From positions 32,001 to 96,000 of the forward strand of contig CAVOVB010000001.1 of the NCBI GenBank assembly GCA_963699755.1: 64,000 nt of DNA, written 5' to 3'. The position numbers were made by a program, and so were the translations under genes. Position 1 is the stretch's first letter. Every line of letters starts with the position of its first letter. Positions 40,304 through 50,579 of this stretch are shown here, piece by piece. The stretch comes from an uncultured delta proteobacterium (GTDB taxonomy: Bacteria; Myxococcota_A; Polyangia; Polyangiales; Houyiibacteriaceae). Under the pieces are notes generated by a model. That model worked only from the letters and a program-made list of their open reading frames with translations, was not told the origin of the DNA and ran no database searches.

Positions 40304-40723
40304 ATGGAAAACGAGAACCCCAGCATCCTCTCTCACCTTTCGATCGGAACCAACGACTTGGCTCGGTCCATCGCGTTCTATGACGCGGTTCTACCCGCGC
40401 TAGGGTGCAAGAAGCTCTTCGAGTTGCTCGAGTTCGGCGCCGTCGCCTACGGAAAGCAGTTTCCGGAATTCTGGGTGCAGAAGCCGATCGATGGTCAGGC
40501 CGCGACGGTGGGCAATGGAACGCACTTCTGTTTTATCGCAGAGAGCAAAGAAGCCGTGCACGCCTTTCACGAAGCCGCCTTGGCGGCCGGCGCGACCGAC
40601 GATGGGCCGCCCGGGCCGCGGCCCCAATACAGCCCCGGCTACTACGGCGCCTTCGCCCGCGACCCCGATGGACACAAGATCGAAGCCGCCTACATCGATG
40701 CCTCGCTTGGCGAGCACGGATGA
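40304..40723 (+). CDS. VOC/glyoxalase family protein
   Basis: HLSIGTND, GNGTHFCF, YYGAFARDPDGHKIEA. Confidence 0.9.
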   Translation: MENENPSILSHLSIGTNDLARSIAFYDAVLPALGCKKLFELLEFGAVAYGKQFPEFWVQKPIDGQAATVGNGTHFCFIAESKEAVHAFHEAALAAGATDDGPPGPRPQYSPGYYGAFARDPDGHKIEAAYIDASLGEHG

Positions 40724-43233
40724 GCGCACTCGATCGGTACCTCGATGACCTCGGCGAGAACGTCGACGGCGACACGCTCCTGACGCGCTTCTTGGAGTAT
40801 TCAAGCGACCAGGGTTTCGAGCTTTACCCGGCGCAAGAAGAAGCGGTGATGGAGCTGTTCGTCGGGAACAACGTGATTCTCAACACGCCGACGGGGTCCG
40901 GGAAGTCACTGGTGGCGCTGGCCGCGCACTTCCGCTCGGTCGCGCTCGGGGAGCGCTCGTTCTACACGGCGCCGATCAAGGCGCTCGTGAGCGAGAAGTT
41001 CTTCGACCTCTGCAGGGTGCTCGGGCCAGAGCGCGTTGGCATGATGACCGGCGACGCGACGGTCAATCGTGATGCGCCCGTCATCTGTTGCACTGCGGAG
41101 ATTCTCGCGAACATGGCCTTGAGAGAAGGCGAGCGAGCGGCCGTCGACAGCGTCGTAATGGACGAGTTTCACTTTTACGCCGACCGGGACCGCGGCGTCG
41201 CCTGGCAGATCCCGCTCCTCGCCCTCCCCCAGGCGCGCTTCCTTCTCATGAGCGCAACACTCGGCGAGACCCGGCAGTTCGAGGAAGCGATGACGGAGCT
41301 GACCGGCGTCACCACCACCCTGGTGAAGAGCAACGAGCGACCGGTGCCGCTCGACTTCAGCTACAGCGAAGAGACCTTGCAGAACGCGGTGGTCGACCTG
41401 CTCGAGGCCGGCAAGGGACCAATTTACGTGGTGCACTTCGCGCAGCGCGCCGCGACGGAGCAAGCCCAGAGCTTCATGAGCATCGACTTCCTCTCAAAGG
41501 ACGAGAAGCGCGCACTCAAAGAGGACCTCAGCGGAACGCGCTTCGACACACCGTTCGGCAAGGAGCTCAAAAAATTCCTCCACCACGGGGTCGGCGTGCA
41601 TCACGCCGGCATGCTTCCGCGCTACCGGCGTCTGGTCGAACGGCTCGCCCAAGAAGGGAAGCTCCACGTCATTTGCGGGACCGATACCCTCGGAGTCGGA
41701 GTAAACGTCCCGATTCGAACGGTCCTCTTCACCAAGCTCTGCAAGTACGACGGCGAGAAGACCAAAGTGCTGAGCGTCCGCGACTTCAAGCAAATCGCAG
41801 GGCGTGCCGGCCGCCGAGGCTTCGACACGCTCGGAAGCGTCGTCGCGCAGGCACCCGAGCACGTGATTGAAAACAAGAAGCTACGGGCCAAGGCGGGCGG
41901 CGACCCGAAAAAGGAGCGCAAGCTCAAGATGCGGCAAGCGCCGGAGCGTGGCTACGCGCACTGGGACGCAGAGACCTTCACGCGGCTCCAAGAATCGCCC
42001 CCCGAGCCGCTCCGGTCTCGCTTTCGGGTGAGCAACGCGATGATCCTCAACCTCTTCGAGCGGGAAGACAACGGCTGCCTTGCGCTTCGCCAGCTCATTC
42101 GCAAGAGCCACGAAGGGCTGAAATCCAAGTATAAGCACGGGCGTCATGCCATTGCCTTGATTCGCTCTCTCCGCGACGCCGGCGTCATCGAGCTGAACGG
42201 AGAAGGGCCGCGCGTTCACGAAGACTTCCAGTCCGACTTTTCTCTCAACCAAGCGCTCTCGCTTTACGTCGTCGAAGCGGTCGACGTGCTCGACAAGGAC
42301 GACCCAGACTACCCGCTCGACGTCCTGACCCTGGTGGAAGCCACGCTCGAAGACCCCTTGGCGGTTCTTTACCGGCAGACCGACACCCTCAAAGGGCGCG
42401 CGGTCGCCGCGATGAAAGCCGAAGGGATGGAGTATGACGAGCGCATGGCCGAGCTCGAGAAGATCGAATACCCCAAACCCAAAGCCGATCTGCTCCAGGC
42501 GACCTACGAGGTCTTCGCCGAGCATCATCCCTGGGTCGGGGGCGACGTGCTCCGGCCGAAGTCCGTTGCGCGCGACATGTACGAGCTTGGCATGAGCTTC
42601 GTGGAGTACGTCAAAGAGTACGGGCTTCAACGCTCCGAAGGCGTCTTGCTTCGCTACCTGACCGACGCCTACAAGGGCTTCGTCCAGACCGTCCCCGAAT
42701 CGGCCAAGACCGACGCGCTCTACGACGTCTCCGACTGGCTCGGCCTCACCGTCCGCTCGGTCGATGCAAGCCTTCTCGACGAGTGGGAGCAGCTCCAGGC
42801 CCCCGACGACGAGGTGCTCATGCCGGTCGCTCGGGACGAGGAACAAGCCGTCGACATCACCAAGGACGAGCGCGGGTTTACCACGATGGTGCGAAACGCC
42901 GCCTGGCAAATCGTCCGCTTCCTGGCGTTCAAGCAGTACGAACGGGCCGCCGAGGCCCTGTCCGAAGCTTCGGCGTCCAACGACTGGACCGCCGAGCGCT
43001 TTGCCGAAGCGCTAGCGCCGTATTGGACGGAATATGACGCCATCCAGATCGGCCCCGACGCGCGGAGCAGCGCCCAAATCCAGCTGGAACGTCGCGAATC
43101 CGAGTGGCTGCTCACCCAGATCCTCCTCGACCCGGACGAGCATCGGAGCTGGCACATGCAGTTCCGCATCGACCTCGGAGCCAGTCGAGAAGCGGGCGCG
43201 CCGGTGCTCACGATGCTCAGCCTCGGCGGCTAG
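40720..43233 (+). CDS. Ski2-like DEAD/DEAH helicase with DUF3516-type C-terminus
   Basis: PTGSGKS, DEFH, SAT, HHAG, QIAGRAGRRG; ATGA overlap with the VOC gene. Confidence 0.9.
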   Translation: MSALDRYLDDLGENVDGDTLLTRFLEYSSDQGFELYPAQEEAVMELFVGNNVILNTPTGSGKSLVALAAHFRSVALGERSFYTAPIKALVSEKFFDLCRVLGPERVGMMTGDATVNRDAPVICCTAEILANMALREGERAAVDSVVMDEFHFYADRDRGVAWQIPLLALPQARFLLMSATLGETRQFEEAMTELTGVTTTLVKSNERPVPLDFSYSEETLQNAVVDLLEAGKGPIYVVHFAQRAATEQAQSFMSIDFLSKDEKRALKEDLSGTRFDTPFGKELKKFLHHGVGVHHAGMLPRYRRLVERLAQEGKLHVICGTDTLGVGVNVPIRTVLFTKLCKYDGEKTKVLSVRDFKQIAGRAGRRGFDTLGSVVAQAPEHVIENKKLRAKAGGDPKKERKLKMRQAPERGYAHWDAETFTRLQESPPEPLRSRFRVSNAMILNLFEREDNGCLALRQLIRKSHEGLKSKYKHGRHAIALIRSLRDAGVIELNGEGPRVHEDFQSDFSLNQALSLYVVEAVDVLDKDDPDYPLDVLTLVEATLEDPLAVLYRQTDTLKGRAVAAMKAEGMEYDERMAELEKIEYPKPKADLLQATYEVFAEHHPWVGGDVLRPKSVARDMYELGMSFVEYVKEYGLQRSEGVLLRYLTDAYKGFVQTVPESAKTDALYDVSDWLGLTVRSVDASLLDEWEQLQAPDDEVLMPVARDEEQAVDITKDERGFTTMVRNAAWQIVRFLAFKQYERAAEALSEASASNDWTAERFAEALAPYWTEYDAIQIGPDARSSAQIQLERRESEWLLTQILLDPDEHRSWHMQFRIDLGASREAGAPVLTMLSLGG

Positions 43234-44579
43234 GCAGCGCCGTCTTCCTTGGCTTCGAGCAAGTCGACCGGCGAGCCCTCCGGCAGGTCGAGCATCGCCG
43301 TGGCCGCCTCGCCCGGAAGCTCTTCGACGTTGCGGAGCTTTTTCTCCATCGCCCGGGTGCGTCGGCCGGTCTCGTCGATGGTCCGGCCGGCGCTATCGAG
43401 CTGTCGCTTCACCTTGTCGAGCACGTCCCCGAACTTCCCAAACTCGTGCTTGACCGCGCCGAGCACCTTCCAGACCTCGCTCGAGCGCTGCTCGATGGCA
43501 AGCGTCCGAAACCCGATACGAAGGCTGTTGAGCACGGCCGCCAAGGTCGTCGGCCCCGCTACCACGATGCGATGCTCGCGCTGCAAGCGCTCGACCAGGC
43601 CCGGGTGGCGAAGCACCTCGGAGTAGAGGCCTTCGGTCGGTAGAAACAGAATCGCAAAGTCGGTCGTCAACGGTGGGTTCAGGTACTTCCCGCCCACGTC
43701 CTTTGCCGAATCTTGAACCGAGCGGACGAGCGCATTGTGCGCCTGCTGTACGGCCACGGCGTCGCCGTCTTCGCTCGCCTCGACCAGCCGCAAGTAATCT
43801 TCCTGCGGAAACTTCGAGTCGATGGGAAGCCAGACACACTGGGCGGGGTCCTCGCTCGGCCCCGGCAGCCGAATTGCAAACTCGACGATGTCGCGTGAGT
43901 CCGGCCGCGTCTTCACGTTTCGGTCGAACTGCTCGGGAGTGAGAATCTGATCGAGCAGCGCACCGAGCTGCACCTCGCCCCAGGTTCCACGTGTCTTGAC
44001 GTTGGTGAGGACCTTCTTGAGGTCGCCGACCCCGCTCGCGAGGCTTCGCATCTCGCCGAGCCCCTTCTGCACCGCCTCGAGCCGATCCCCGACCAGCTTG
44101 AACGACTCGCCCAGGCGTTTCTCGAGCGTGCTCTGGAGCTTCTCGTCGACCACCTCGCGCATCTGCTCGAGCTTGCGTTCGTTGCTGCTCCGAAGCTCCT
44201 GAAGCCGACCGTCGACCGTCTCCTGCAAGTGCTTGAGGCCGGACTGGTTGGAGTCGGTCAGCCCCTTGAGCTGCAAGGTGAACGCCTCGAATTTCTTGGT
44301 TTGCGAATCGCCGATCTGGGAAATCGTCTTGACCAGGGTCTCGGTGCTGGCCTGATGCGTCCCGGAAACCTCGCGCCGAAGCTCGCTCGCCGCGGCCGAC
44401 GACTCCTCACGCGAAGCCCGAAGCTCGGCCCGAAGCAGGCGAGCGGTCTCGGCGCGGTCCTCGGCCTCGGCCTGCGCAATCGCCGCCGAATCGCCGGCCC
44501 TCCTCTTGAGGAGCACGAGCGTGACGACGAGATTGATGACCAGCAAGATCACCACAGCCACCAAGAGCGGATCTACCAT
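43230..44579 (-). CDS. rmuC: DNA recombination protein RmuC
   Basis: KTRGTWGEVQL, PIDSKFP, FLPTEGLY, GPTTL. Confidence 0.93.
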   Translation of the reverse strand: MVDPLLVAVVILLVINLVVTLVLLKRRAGDSAAIAQAEAEDRAETARLLRAELRASREESSAAASELRREVSGTHQASTETLVKTISQIGDSQTKKFEAFTLQLKGLTDSNQSGLKHLQETVDGRLQELRSSNERKLEQMREVVDEKLQSTLEKRLGESFKLVGDRLEAVQKGLGEMRSLASGVGDLKKVLTNVKTRGTWGEVQLGALLDQILTPEQFDRNVKTRPDSRDIVEFAIRLPGPSEDPAQCVWLPIDSKFPQEDYLRLVEASEDGDAVAVQQAHNALVRSVQDSAKDVGGKYLNPPLTTDFAILFLPTEGLYSEVLRHPGLVERLQREHRIVVAGPTTLAAVLNSLRIGFRTLAIEQRSSEVWKVLGAVKHEFGKFGDVLDKVKRQLDSAGRTIDETGRRTRAMEKKLRNVEELPGEAATAMLDLPEGSPVDLLEAKEDGAA

Positions 44580-44685
44580 CCAAGAATCCCCCGAACAACG
44601 AGCCAGGGCCGAGCCTAGCACCATCGGCACGAGCTGAGCAGCGCTGATTGGGGCAAGCGCGAACATGCTACGCTCCCCGCTGCCT

Positions 44686-45582
44686 ATGCCAAATGGGGGT
44701 CAGCCGAACGAGGAGCTCAAAGCACTCCTACCTGCATCGATCGCGGTCCGGTTCGAAGAGATGTTCCCGAACGTCCGCAATGGCCGCATCAGAAGGCGCG
44801 ACCGCAAGCGCGCCCAGATGTTACGAAAAGCCGAGCCGGTGCTGCAACGCGTGATGAACCCCATGGAGGTCGTGCGCTTCGTCACCAACGGCGTCCGGCA
44901 ACTGAGCTGGTGGCTCCTCACTGCGGGCTCGATGAACCCCTTCGCCAACCGCACGACCCTGGTGCTCACCGACCGGCGCATCCTCTTGATCCACACCGAC
45001 GCGAAGCAGCGCCCGCGCATGTTCGCCAACCAGCTCCCCCTCGATCGCATTCGCGCCACCGCGGGCCGCAACAGCTACATCTTCATTCGCACCGGACGCG
45101 AGCAGCTCATGTTCCACGGCGTGAAGCGATCAGAAGCCCGGCAGCTCAAGGGCCTGCTCGAATCGACCGCCACCAAGAAGGGTGGCTGGCAAAACCTCTG
45201 CCCCCGTTGCTTCACCGCAACCGACGATGCGCCGACAACTTGCGCGAACTGCGGCGAGGTATTCAAGAGCCCCAAGAAGGCCGCGCTCCGTTCACTGTTC
45301 TTGCCCGGCCTGGGTGACTTCTACCTCGGCTACCGCATCTACGGGCTGCTCGAAATCATGGGCGTCACCCTCCTCTGGGCGCTCTTCTTGAGCACGCTCA
45401 TCCCTTCGATCATGCGCAGAGGTTTCGACGGTCTGGTCGTTGCTGCGCCGATCTTCGCCCTCCTCGCACTTGTCCACATCGGCGACGCCGTTCTCACCCG
45501 CGCCAAAGCCCGAACCGGTCTTCACTCCAAAGACGGGGCGCTCCCGACCGGGGATCTTGGCAGCCTGGGTCCCGATTCGTGA
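44686..45582 (+). CDS. Hypothetical membrane protein (PH-like domain, Zn ribbon, TM)
   Basis: LVLTDRRIL; CPRC...CANC; PGLGDFYLG plus TM segments. Confidence 0.65.
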   Translation: MPNGGQPNEELKALLPASIAVRFEEMFPNVRNGRIRRRDRKRAQMLRKAEPVLQRVMNPMEVVRFVTNGVRQLSWWLLTAGSMNPFANRTTLVLTDRRILLIHTDAKQRPRMFANQLPLDRIRATAGRNSYIFIRTGREQLMFHGVKRSEARQLKGLLESTATKKGGWQNLCPRCFTATDDAPTTCANCGEVFKSPKKAALRSLFLPGLGDFYLGYRIYGLLEIMGVTLLWALFLSTLIPSIMRRGFDGLVVAAPIFALLALVHIGDAVLTRAKARTGLHSKDGALPTGDLGSLGPDS

Positions 45583-45677
45583 CCATGGCTTTGCAAGCGA
45601 AGATACGTAGCTTTTCCCGGTTGCATTCCCGGGCGCTCCGGTTGTAAGGATGCGACTTGCATTAATGGAGGCAGTCC

Positions 45678-46712
45678 ATGCAGGAAGAAGAGCTCGATCC
45701 AACCCACATCATGCAAGTCGGCATGGGCTTTTTCGGCTCTCGAACCCTCCTCACAGCGGTCGAGCTCGGCCTATTCACCGAGCTCGGCACTGGCAAGATG
45801 ACGGGCGCGCAGATCGCCAAGCGTCTGGGCCTGCACCCACGCGCGATTCCAGACTTTCCGGACGCCCTGGTTGCACTCGGACTTCTGCGCCGAGACGGCG
45901 ACGGGCCTGACGCGCTCTACGGAAACACGGTCGAGACGGCGGTCTTCCTCGACAAGGAGGGACCGAACTACATCGGCGGCATTCTCGAGATGTCCAGCAG
46001 CCGCCTCTATGGCTTTTGGAACCACCTCACCGAAGCACTCAAGACAGGCCAACCACAAAACGAAGTCAAAGAATCAGGCGAACCGATGTTCGCCAAGCTC
46101 TACGCCGCGCCCGAGCGACTCGAGCAGTTCATGAACGCCATGGCGGGCGTGTCGGCGGGTAACTTCAAGGCGCTCGCAAAGAAGTTCGACTTCTCGAATT
46201 ACAAGACCCTTTGCGACGTGGGCGGTGCAACTGGCCAGCTTTCTTGCATGGTCGCGGCAGAAAACCCACACATGCACTGCGTCAGCGCGGATCTCCCGGA
46301 GGTCGAGCCCATTGCCAAGAGACGCATCGAAGAGGCCGGCCTGCCGCATCGGGTCTCCACCGCGGCCATCGACTTCTTCAAGGATCCCCTTCCCAAAGCC
46401 GACGTCATCACCATGGGCATGATCCTCCACGACTGGAACCTCGAAAAGAAGAAGCACCTCATCAAGCTGGCATACGACGCCTTACCGCCTGGCGGCGCGT
46501 TCATCGTCGTCGAAGCGCTGATCGACGACGCCCGACGAGAAAACTCTTTCGGCCTCTTGATGTCGCTCAACATGCTCATCGAGTTCGGCGACGCCTTCGA
46601 CTACTCGGGCGCCGATTTCAAAGAATGGTGTCGCGAAGCGGGCTTCGACCGCTTTGAAATCATCCCGCTTGCCGGCCCATCGTCTGCTGCCGTGGCATAC
46701 AAGCCCGAGTAG
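45678..46712 (+). CDS. O-methyltransferase (dimerisation plus Methyltransf_2)
   Basis: DVGGATG, DFF, ILHDW. Confidence 0.9.
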   Translation: MQEEELDPTHIMQVGMGFFGSRTLLTAVELGLFTELGTGKMTGAQIAKRLGLHPRAIPDFPDALVALGLLRRDGDGPDALYGNTVETAVFLDKEGPNYIGGILEMSSSRLYGFWNHLTEALKTGQPQNEVKESGEPMFAKLYAAPERLEQFMNAMAGVSAGNFKALAKKFDFSNYKTLCDVGGATGQLSCMVAAENPHMHCVSADLPEVEPIAKRRIEEAGLPHRVSTAAIDFFKDPLPKADVITMGMILHDWNLEKKKHLIKLAYDALPPGGAFIVVEALIDDARRENSFGLLMSLNMLIEFGDAFDYSGADFKEWCREAGFDRFEIIPLAGPSSAAVAYKPE

Positions 46713-46714
46713 CG

Positions 46715-46930
46715 ATGCTGGACCCGGCGTATCTGGTGGCCTCCCTCCTCGTCAGCAGCGTGGGTTTCGTCATGTTCGTGTATGGCAAGAAGCAGCACCG
46801 GCCGGTCCAGTTGGGCGCGGGCCTGCTCCTCTTGCTCCTTCCCTTCCTTCTACGCGACGGCGTCTGGTTGGGCCTGGCTGGCGCTGTCGTCACCACGATG
46901 GTCTGGGGTGCGGTCAAGGCCGGGCTTTAG
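46715..46930 (+). CDS. Small membrane protein
   Basis: SSVGFVMFVYGKKQ; hydrophobic. Confidence 0.65.
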   Translation: MLDPAYLVASLLVSSVGFVMFVYGKKQHRPVQLGAGLLLLLLPFLLRDGVWLGLAGAVVTTMVWGAVKAGL

Positions 46931-46971
46931 GAGCCTTGTGCATTGGGGTTCGCCGGTCTATTGAAACGCCG

Positions 46972-47478
46972 ATGATCTTTGGTAGCAAGGAGAAGTCGAA
47001 AAAGGAGACCGCGCAGGCGCGCGACCGTCTCGCCCGGATCGTCGAGCAGTTCCTGGCGGATGCCGACGACGCGACGCGACGCATCGTCACCGCGGTCGCT
47101 GGCTTGCTCGCCAAAGTCGCTTACGCCGATGGGCACTATTCGACCCAGGAAGAAGAGGCGATCCAGAAGGAGCTCAGCCGTGTGCACGGCCTCAGCCCAG
47201 CCGGCGTCGACGCGATCTGTGGCCTCTTGGCTGACCAGATCAGCCACGTTGCCCTTCTCGGCGACCACGACTGGACCCGCGACCTACGAGAGCTCGCCGA
47301 TCGAGAGCTCCGCCTCGAAGTCCTCGAAGTCCTCATCGAGATGGCCGTCGCCGACCAGGTGCTCAAGCACGACGAACAAGCCCAACTCCGCCGCATCGCC
47401 AAGGCACTAAGTCTCACTCAAGACGACTACAACGCGCTCCAGGCAAAGCACCGCGACAAGCTATCGACGCTCGGCTAG
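46972..47478 (+). CDS. TerB family protein
   Basis: VAYADG...EE, MAVADQ...EQAQLRRIA. Confidence 0.8.
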   Translation: MIFGSKEKSKKETAQARDRLARIVEQFLADADDATRRIVTAVAGLLAKVAYADGHYSTQEEEAIQKELSRVHGLSPAGVDAICGLLADQISHVALLGDHDWTRDLRELADRELRLEVLEVLIEMAVADQVLKHDEQAQLRRIAKALSLTQDDYNALQAKHRDKLSTLG

Positions 47479-47493
47479 CGGAGCCACACGCCC

Positions 47494-47883
47494 TTAGCGC
47501 ATCTGTCCGAGCATCTGCTTCATCAAGCCATGAAGCAGATTCACCGCCTTGAGCGGACGAATCATCACTTTGAAGTCGTCGATCTTCCCTTCGTCGTTCC
47601 AGTGCACCATGTCGACGCCGTTGATGACGATGCCGTTGATCTCCGCAGTAAACTCGAGCACGGCATCGGACTCGCCGATGACTTCCCGGACGTATTCGAA
47701 GTTGCTGCTGCCAAGCACCATGATCGCCGCGCTCAGGTAGAGCTTGGTCAGCGCCTTGCCCTGTTGCGGCGTGTGCACCACGGGTGAGTGAAAGACGGCG
47801 TCATCTGCCAGAATCTCGTCCAGCCCAGCCACATCTCTCTCCCGAATCAGCTGGTGCCAAGATTCGATCGCAGGTTTGCCCAT
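47494..47883 (-). CDS. SnoaL/NTF2-like protein
   Basis: FHSPVVHTPQ, NGVD, MIRPLKA. Confidence 0.85.
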   Translation of the reverse strand: MGKPAIESWHQLIRERDVAGLDEILADDAVFHSPVVHTPQQGKALTKLYLSAAIMVLGSSNFEYVREVIGESDAVLEFTAEINGIVINGVDMVHWNDEGKIDDFKVMIRPLKAVNLLHGLMKQMLGQMR

Positions 47884-47904
47884 GCGGCCAACTCTACCTC
47901 ATTT

Positions 47905-49305
47905 TCACATCGTCGCCCCGATCAGATCGTCGAGCGCCGGGCGCAGCGCCTCGCTAATGCAGTGCGGGTCCGGGATCGCCGCGGCGTCCGCGATCACCGC
48001 AAAGGCAATGTCGCCACAGTAGCTCCAGCCCGTGATGTTCAAGCCAATCCCTTCGACCGCGGGGCCGACCGAATAGATCGTGCGCAGGCGCGCTCCCGCT
48101 ACATAGAGCGGGCGATCGGGGCCGCGGACGTTCGAAACGATCAGGTTTGCCGCGGGCGGCAAGACATCGGACAGGCCTGAGTGCGAGAAGGTCTCGAGCG
48201 CCCAGCGGTAGGCGACTGCGGGAGCCGCCTCCGACCAGTCGAGCAAGGTCTCGATTCCGAGCTGACGCTGGATCTCCTTGGACTGTGCGGTCACCACGTT
48301 GATCTTGTGTAAGCGTTCGAGCGGGTCGCGCACGTCGTTGCACAGCGACGTAAACAGATTTGCCACGCGATTTCCAGCCTCGCGCGGCGCACCACCCGGC
48401 GTTGCGACGGCCATCGGCACACTCGCGATCAGGGGCTTTGCAAGCGTCTCTCCGCGAGCCGCGAAGAACCGGTCCAGCGCGCCAGCCACGACGGCCAAGA
48501 CCAGATCGTTGAGCGTCACGCCAGCCGCCTTCTTGACGGCCTTGAGCTCGGCAAGCGGCAAGGAGGCCGTCGCGAAGGAGCGCTCCGGCGACAGCGTGCG
48601 ATTGAACACCGTCCGAGGCGTCACGAAGGGATAGGGAACATCGATGACGCGGTGCTTGAGGTTCCGGAGCACCGCGAGGCTACCGCTGACGGTCCTTTTC
48701 ACGAGTGGGCCAATCGCAACGAGCTGCTCGCGCTGATCGCGGATGGCATCGACCAAGAGCTTGCGTCGAGACGGTATCGGGTCTGTGACAAAGGGCGGGT
48801 TCGGCGCGTCGAGGTCGTTCTCATCAGGCTTGGGGGTCATCACCTTCGCCAGCATGTTGGCCGAGGCGACTCCGTCAGCGAGAGCGTGGTGAATCTTGGT
48901 GACCAAAACGATCCCGCCGTCGGCCAGCCCTTCGAGCAGCCACGTTTCCCAGAGCGGCCGGTCGCGGGGAAGCTGAACGCTTGCGATCTCGGCGATGGCC
49001 TCGTCCATCTCACGCTGCCTGCCGGGCGACGCGATCTTCGAGCGGTAGAGATGACGGCTGATGTTGAAGTGCGGGTCTCTCACCCAGATCGGATGATGCA
49101 GCCCGCCCGGCACCTCGACAGGCCGCCATCGAAGGCGCGGCACCAAGTGGAGCTTGCTCTCCATCGAAATGCGCACGAGGTCGAACACGTCCGCATAGCG
49201 AATCTGCGCGGGGAGGTCGACGACCGCGACCTTGAGCGTGTGCATGTGCACGCTGGGCGTCTCCATATAGAGAAACGAAGCGTCTTGACCTGAAAAACGC
49301 TCCAT
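47905..49305 (-). CDS. Wax ester synthase/DGAT
   Basis: HHALADG, SNVRGP, LNITGWSY. Confidence 0.92.
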   Translation of the reverse strand: MERFSGQDASFLYMETPSVHMHTLKVAVVDLPAQIRYADVFDLVRISMESKLHLVPRLRWRPVEVPGGLHHPIWVRDPHFNISRHLYRSKIASPGRQREMDEAIAEIASVQLPRDRPLWETWLLEGLADGGIVLVTKIHHALADGVASANMLAKVMTPKPDENDLDAPNPPFVTDPIPSRRKLLVDAIRDQREQLVAIGPLVKRTVSGSLAVLRNLKHRVIDVPYPFVTPRTVFNRTLSPERSFATASLPLAELKAVKKAAGVTLNDLVLAVVAGALDRFFAARGETLAKPLIASVPMAVATPGGAPREAGNRVANLFTSLCNDVRDPLERLHKINVVTAQSKEIQRQLGIETLLDWSEAAPAVAYRWALETFSHSGLSDVLPPAANLIVSNVRGPDRPLYVAGARLRTIYSVGPAVEGIGLNITGWSYCGDIAFAVIADAAAIPDPHCISEALRPALDDLIGATM

Positions 49306-49312
49306 CTGCGCC

Positions 49313-50527
49313 TCAGTGATCGAGGACGGCGAAGCCCGCCTCGTGAAGCCGATGGTCGACGAAAGGCCCAACCTCGGACGACCAGAAGAAGCTCACGTGC
49401 CCACCGGCGAACCAGCGGATCCCGGGCTGCCCCCAATGCTCCCAGAGGCGTTCGGCCTGCTCGGGGGTCGACACCTTGTCGTCGCTCCCAGCGAAGATAA
49501 AGCGATTCTCGAGCCGGGTGTGCGGCGAGACGGAGAGCGGCGAAACGAGCTCGAACAGCTCCCGTGTGTGCACGCCGAGCACCCCGTTGTCCTCCGCTTC
49601 CTGGCGTTGGTCGACCGGCGCATGGTGCACGAACAAATCCGGAATGTCGCAGACGGGAATGCCTGCAATCACGATGTCGGCGTTTTCGAGACCGGAGAGC
49701 AAGGCCGAAACGTAAGAGCCGATCGACAGGCCATAGAGGCCGATCTTCGTCGCACCCTGAGAGCGTGCCCATTGAATCAAGCGGCGCGTGTCCCACACGG
49801 CCTGCGACACACCGTGAAATGCATCGAGTAGATCAAACGAGAGAAGCGAGGCCACTGGCAGTGCGGCAGGCTTGCGCGGGCCGTGCAGCGGGAGCACCGG
49901 CATCAAGAGGTTGAGCCCGAGCTCGTGGTGTAGCTTCTCGGCACGGAAGCCCGCGAAATCCGCGTAGGGGCCGCCCGTCCCGAGGCCGTGGAGACAGATC
50001 AGCCAAGGCCGCTCCGGGCCGCTGTGGCGAGCCACCCAGGCGTGGGCCACGTGATTGCGGTCGTAGTTGTTCCAGCGCTTGGCCGACGGGTCGTCGGGAG
50101 TCGCTCTGTAGCCGCTCTCAAACGAAAGCCACTCGAATCGCATCGAAGGGTGCCAGGCCGGCTCGAGCGAAATCGCAGCGAGGGGCGGCGGCGGCGCATG
50201 AAAGGCGCTTGGCGCCGCGGGGCGGCCTTTGCGATAGAGCCGATGGGCAGCGGCGATCTCTTCGCCGACTCGGGCGAGGTCGCCTGCCCCTGGGTAGCGA
50301 TGCGGTCGGCTCATGCCCGCCAGGAACAGTCGATCGATCGAGCGCCCCGTGAAGCGGGCGACCCCAGTGTAGGCATTTCTGCGCGAGAGCCGGATGCCTG
50401 CGCCCGCCTCCCGCCTCCCGCCGTGGACAGGCTTACGCTTGTGGGGATGCGGCAATTCGGGTGAAGCCGCCGCGCGCCACGGAAACAACCGGTGAACCAG
50501 ACTCGACCAGAGGCGTGCAGGACCCAT
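49313..50527 (-). CDS. Alpha/beta hydrolase
   Basis: LHGLG, GLSIG, FAGGH; start uncertain. Confidence 0.8.
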   Translation of the reverse strand: MGPARLWSSLVHRLFPWRAAASPELPHPHKRKPVHGGRREAGAGIRLSRRNAYTGVARFTGRSIDRLFLAGMSRPHRYPGAGDLARVGEEIAAAHRLYRKGRPAAPSAFHAPPPPLAAISLEPAWHPSMRFEWLSFESGYRATPDDPSAKRWNNYDRNHVAHAWVARHSGPERPWLICLHGLGTGGPYADFAGFRAEKLHHELGLNLLMPVLPLHGPRKPAALPVASLLSFDLLDAFHGVSQAVWDTRRLIQWARSQGATKIGLYGLSIGSYVSALLSGLENADIVIAGIPVCDIPDLFVHHAPVDQRQEAEDNGVLGVHTRELFELVSPLSVSPHTRLENRFIFAGSDDKVSTPEQAERLWEHWGQPGIRWFAGGHVSFFWSSEVGPFVDHRLHEAGFAVLDH

Positions 50528-50579
50528 CCATTTCTCCAGTCGATCGAAAATAGAACATGTACTACTTTCGAGCAAGCCG

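Noticed and set aside
40405..40719. N-terminal extension of the helicase ORF (similar extensions at 5591, 51385, 55772, 58719)
   Set aside because: They overlap real genes or are low-complexity; better downstream starts exist
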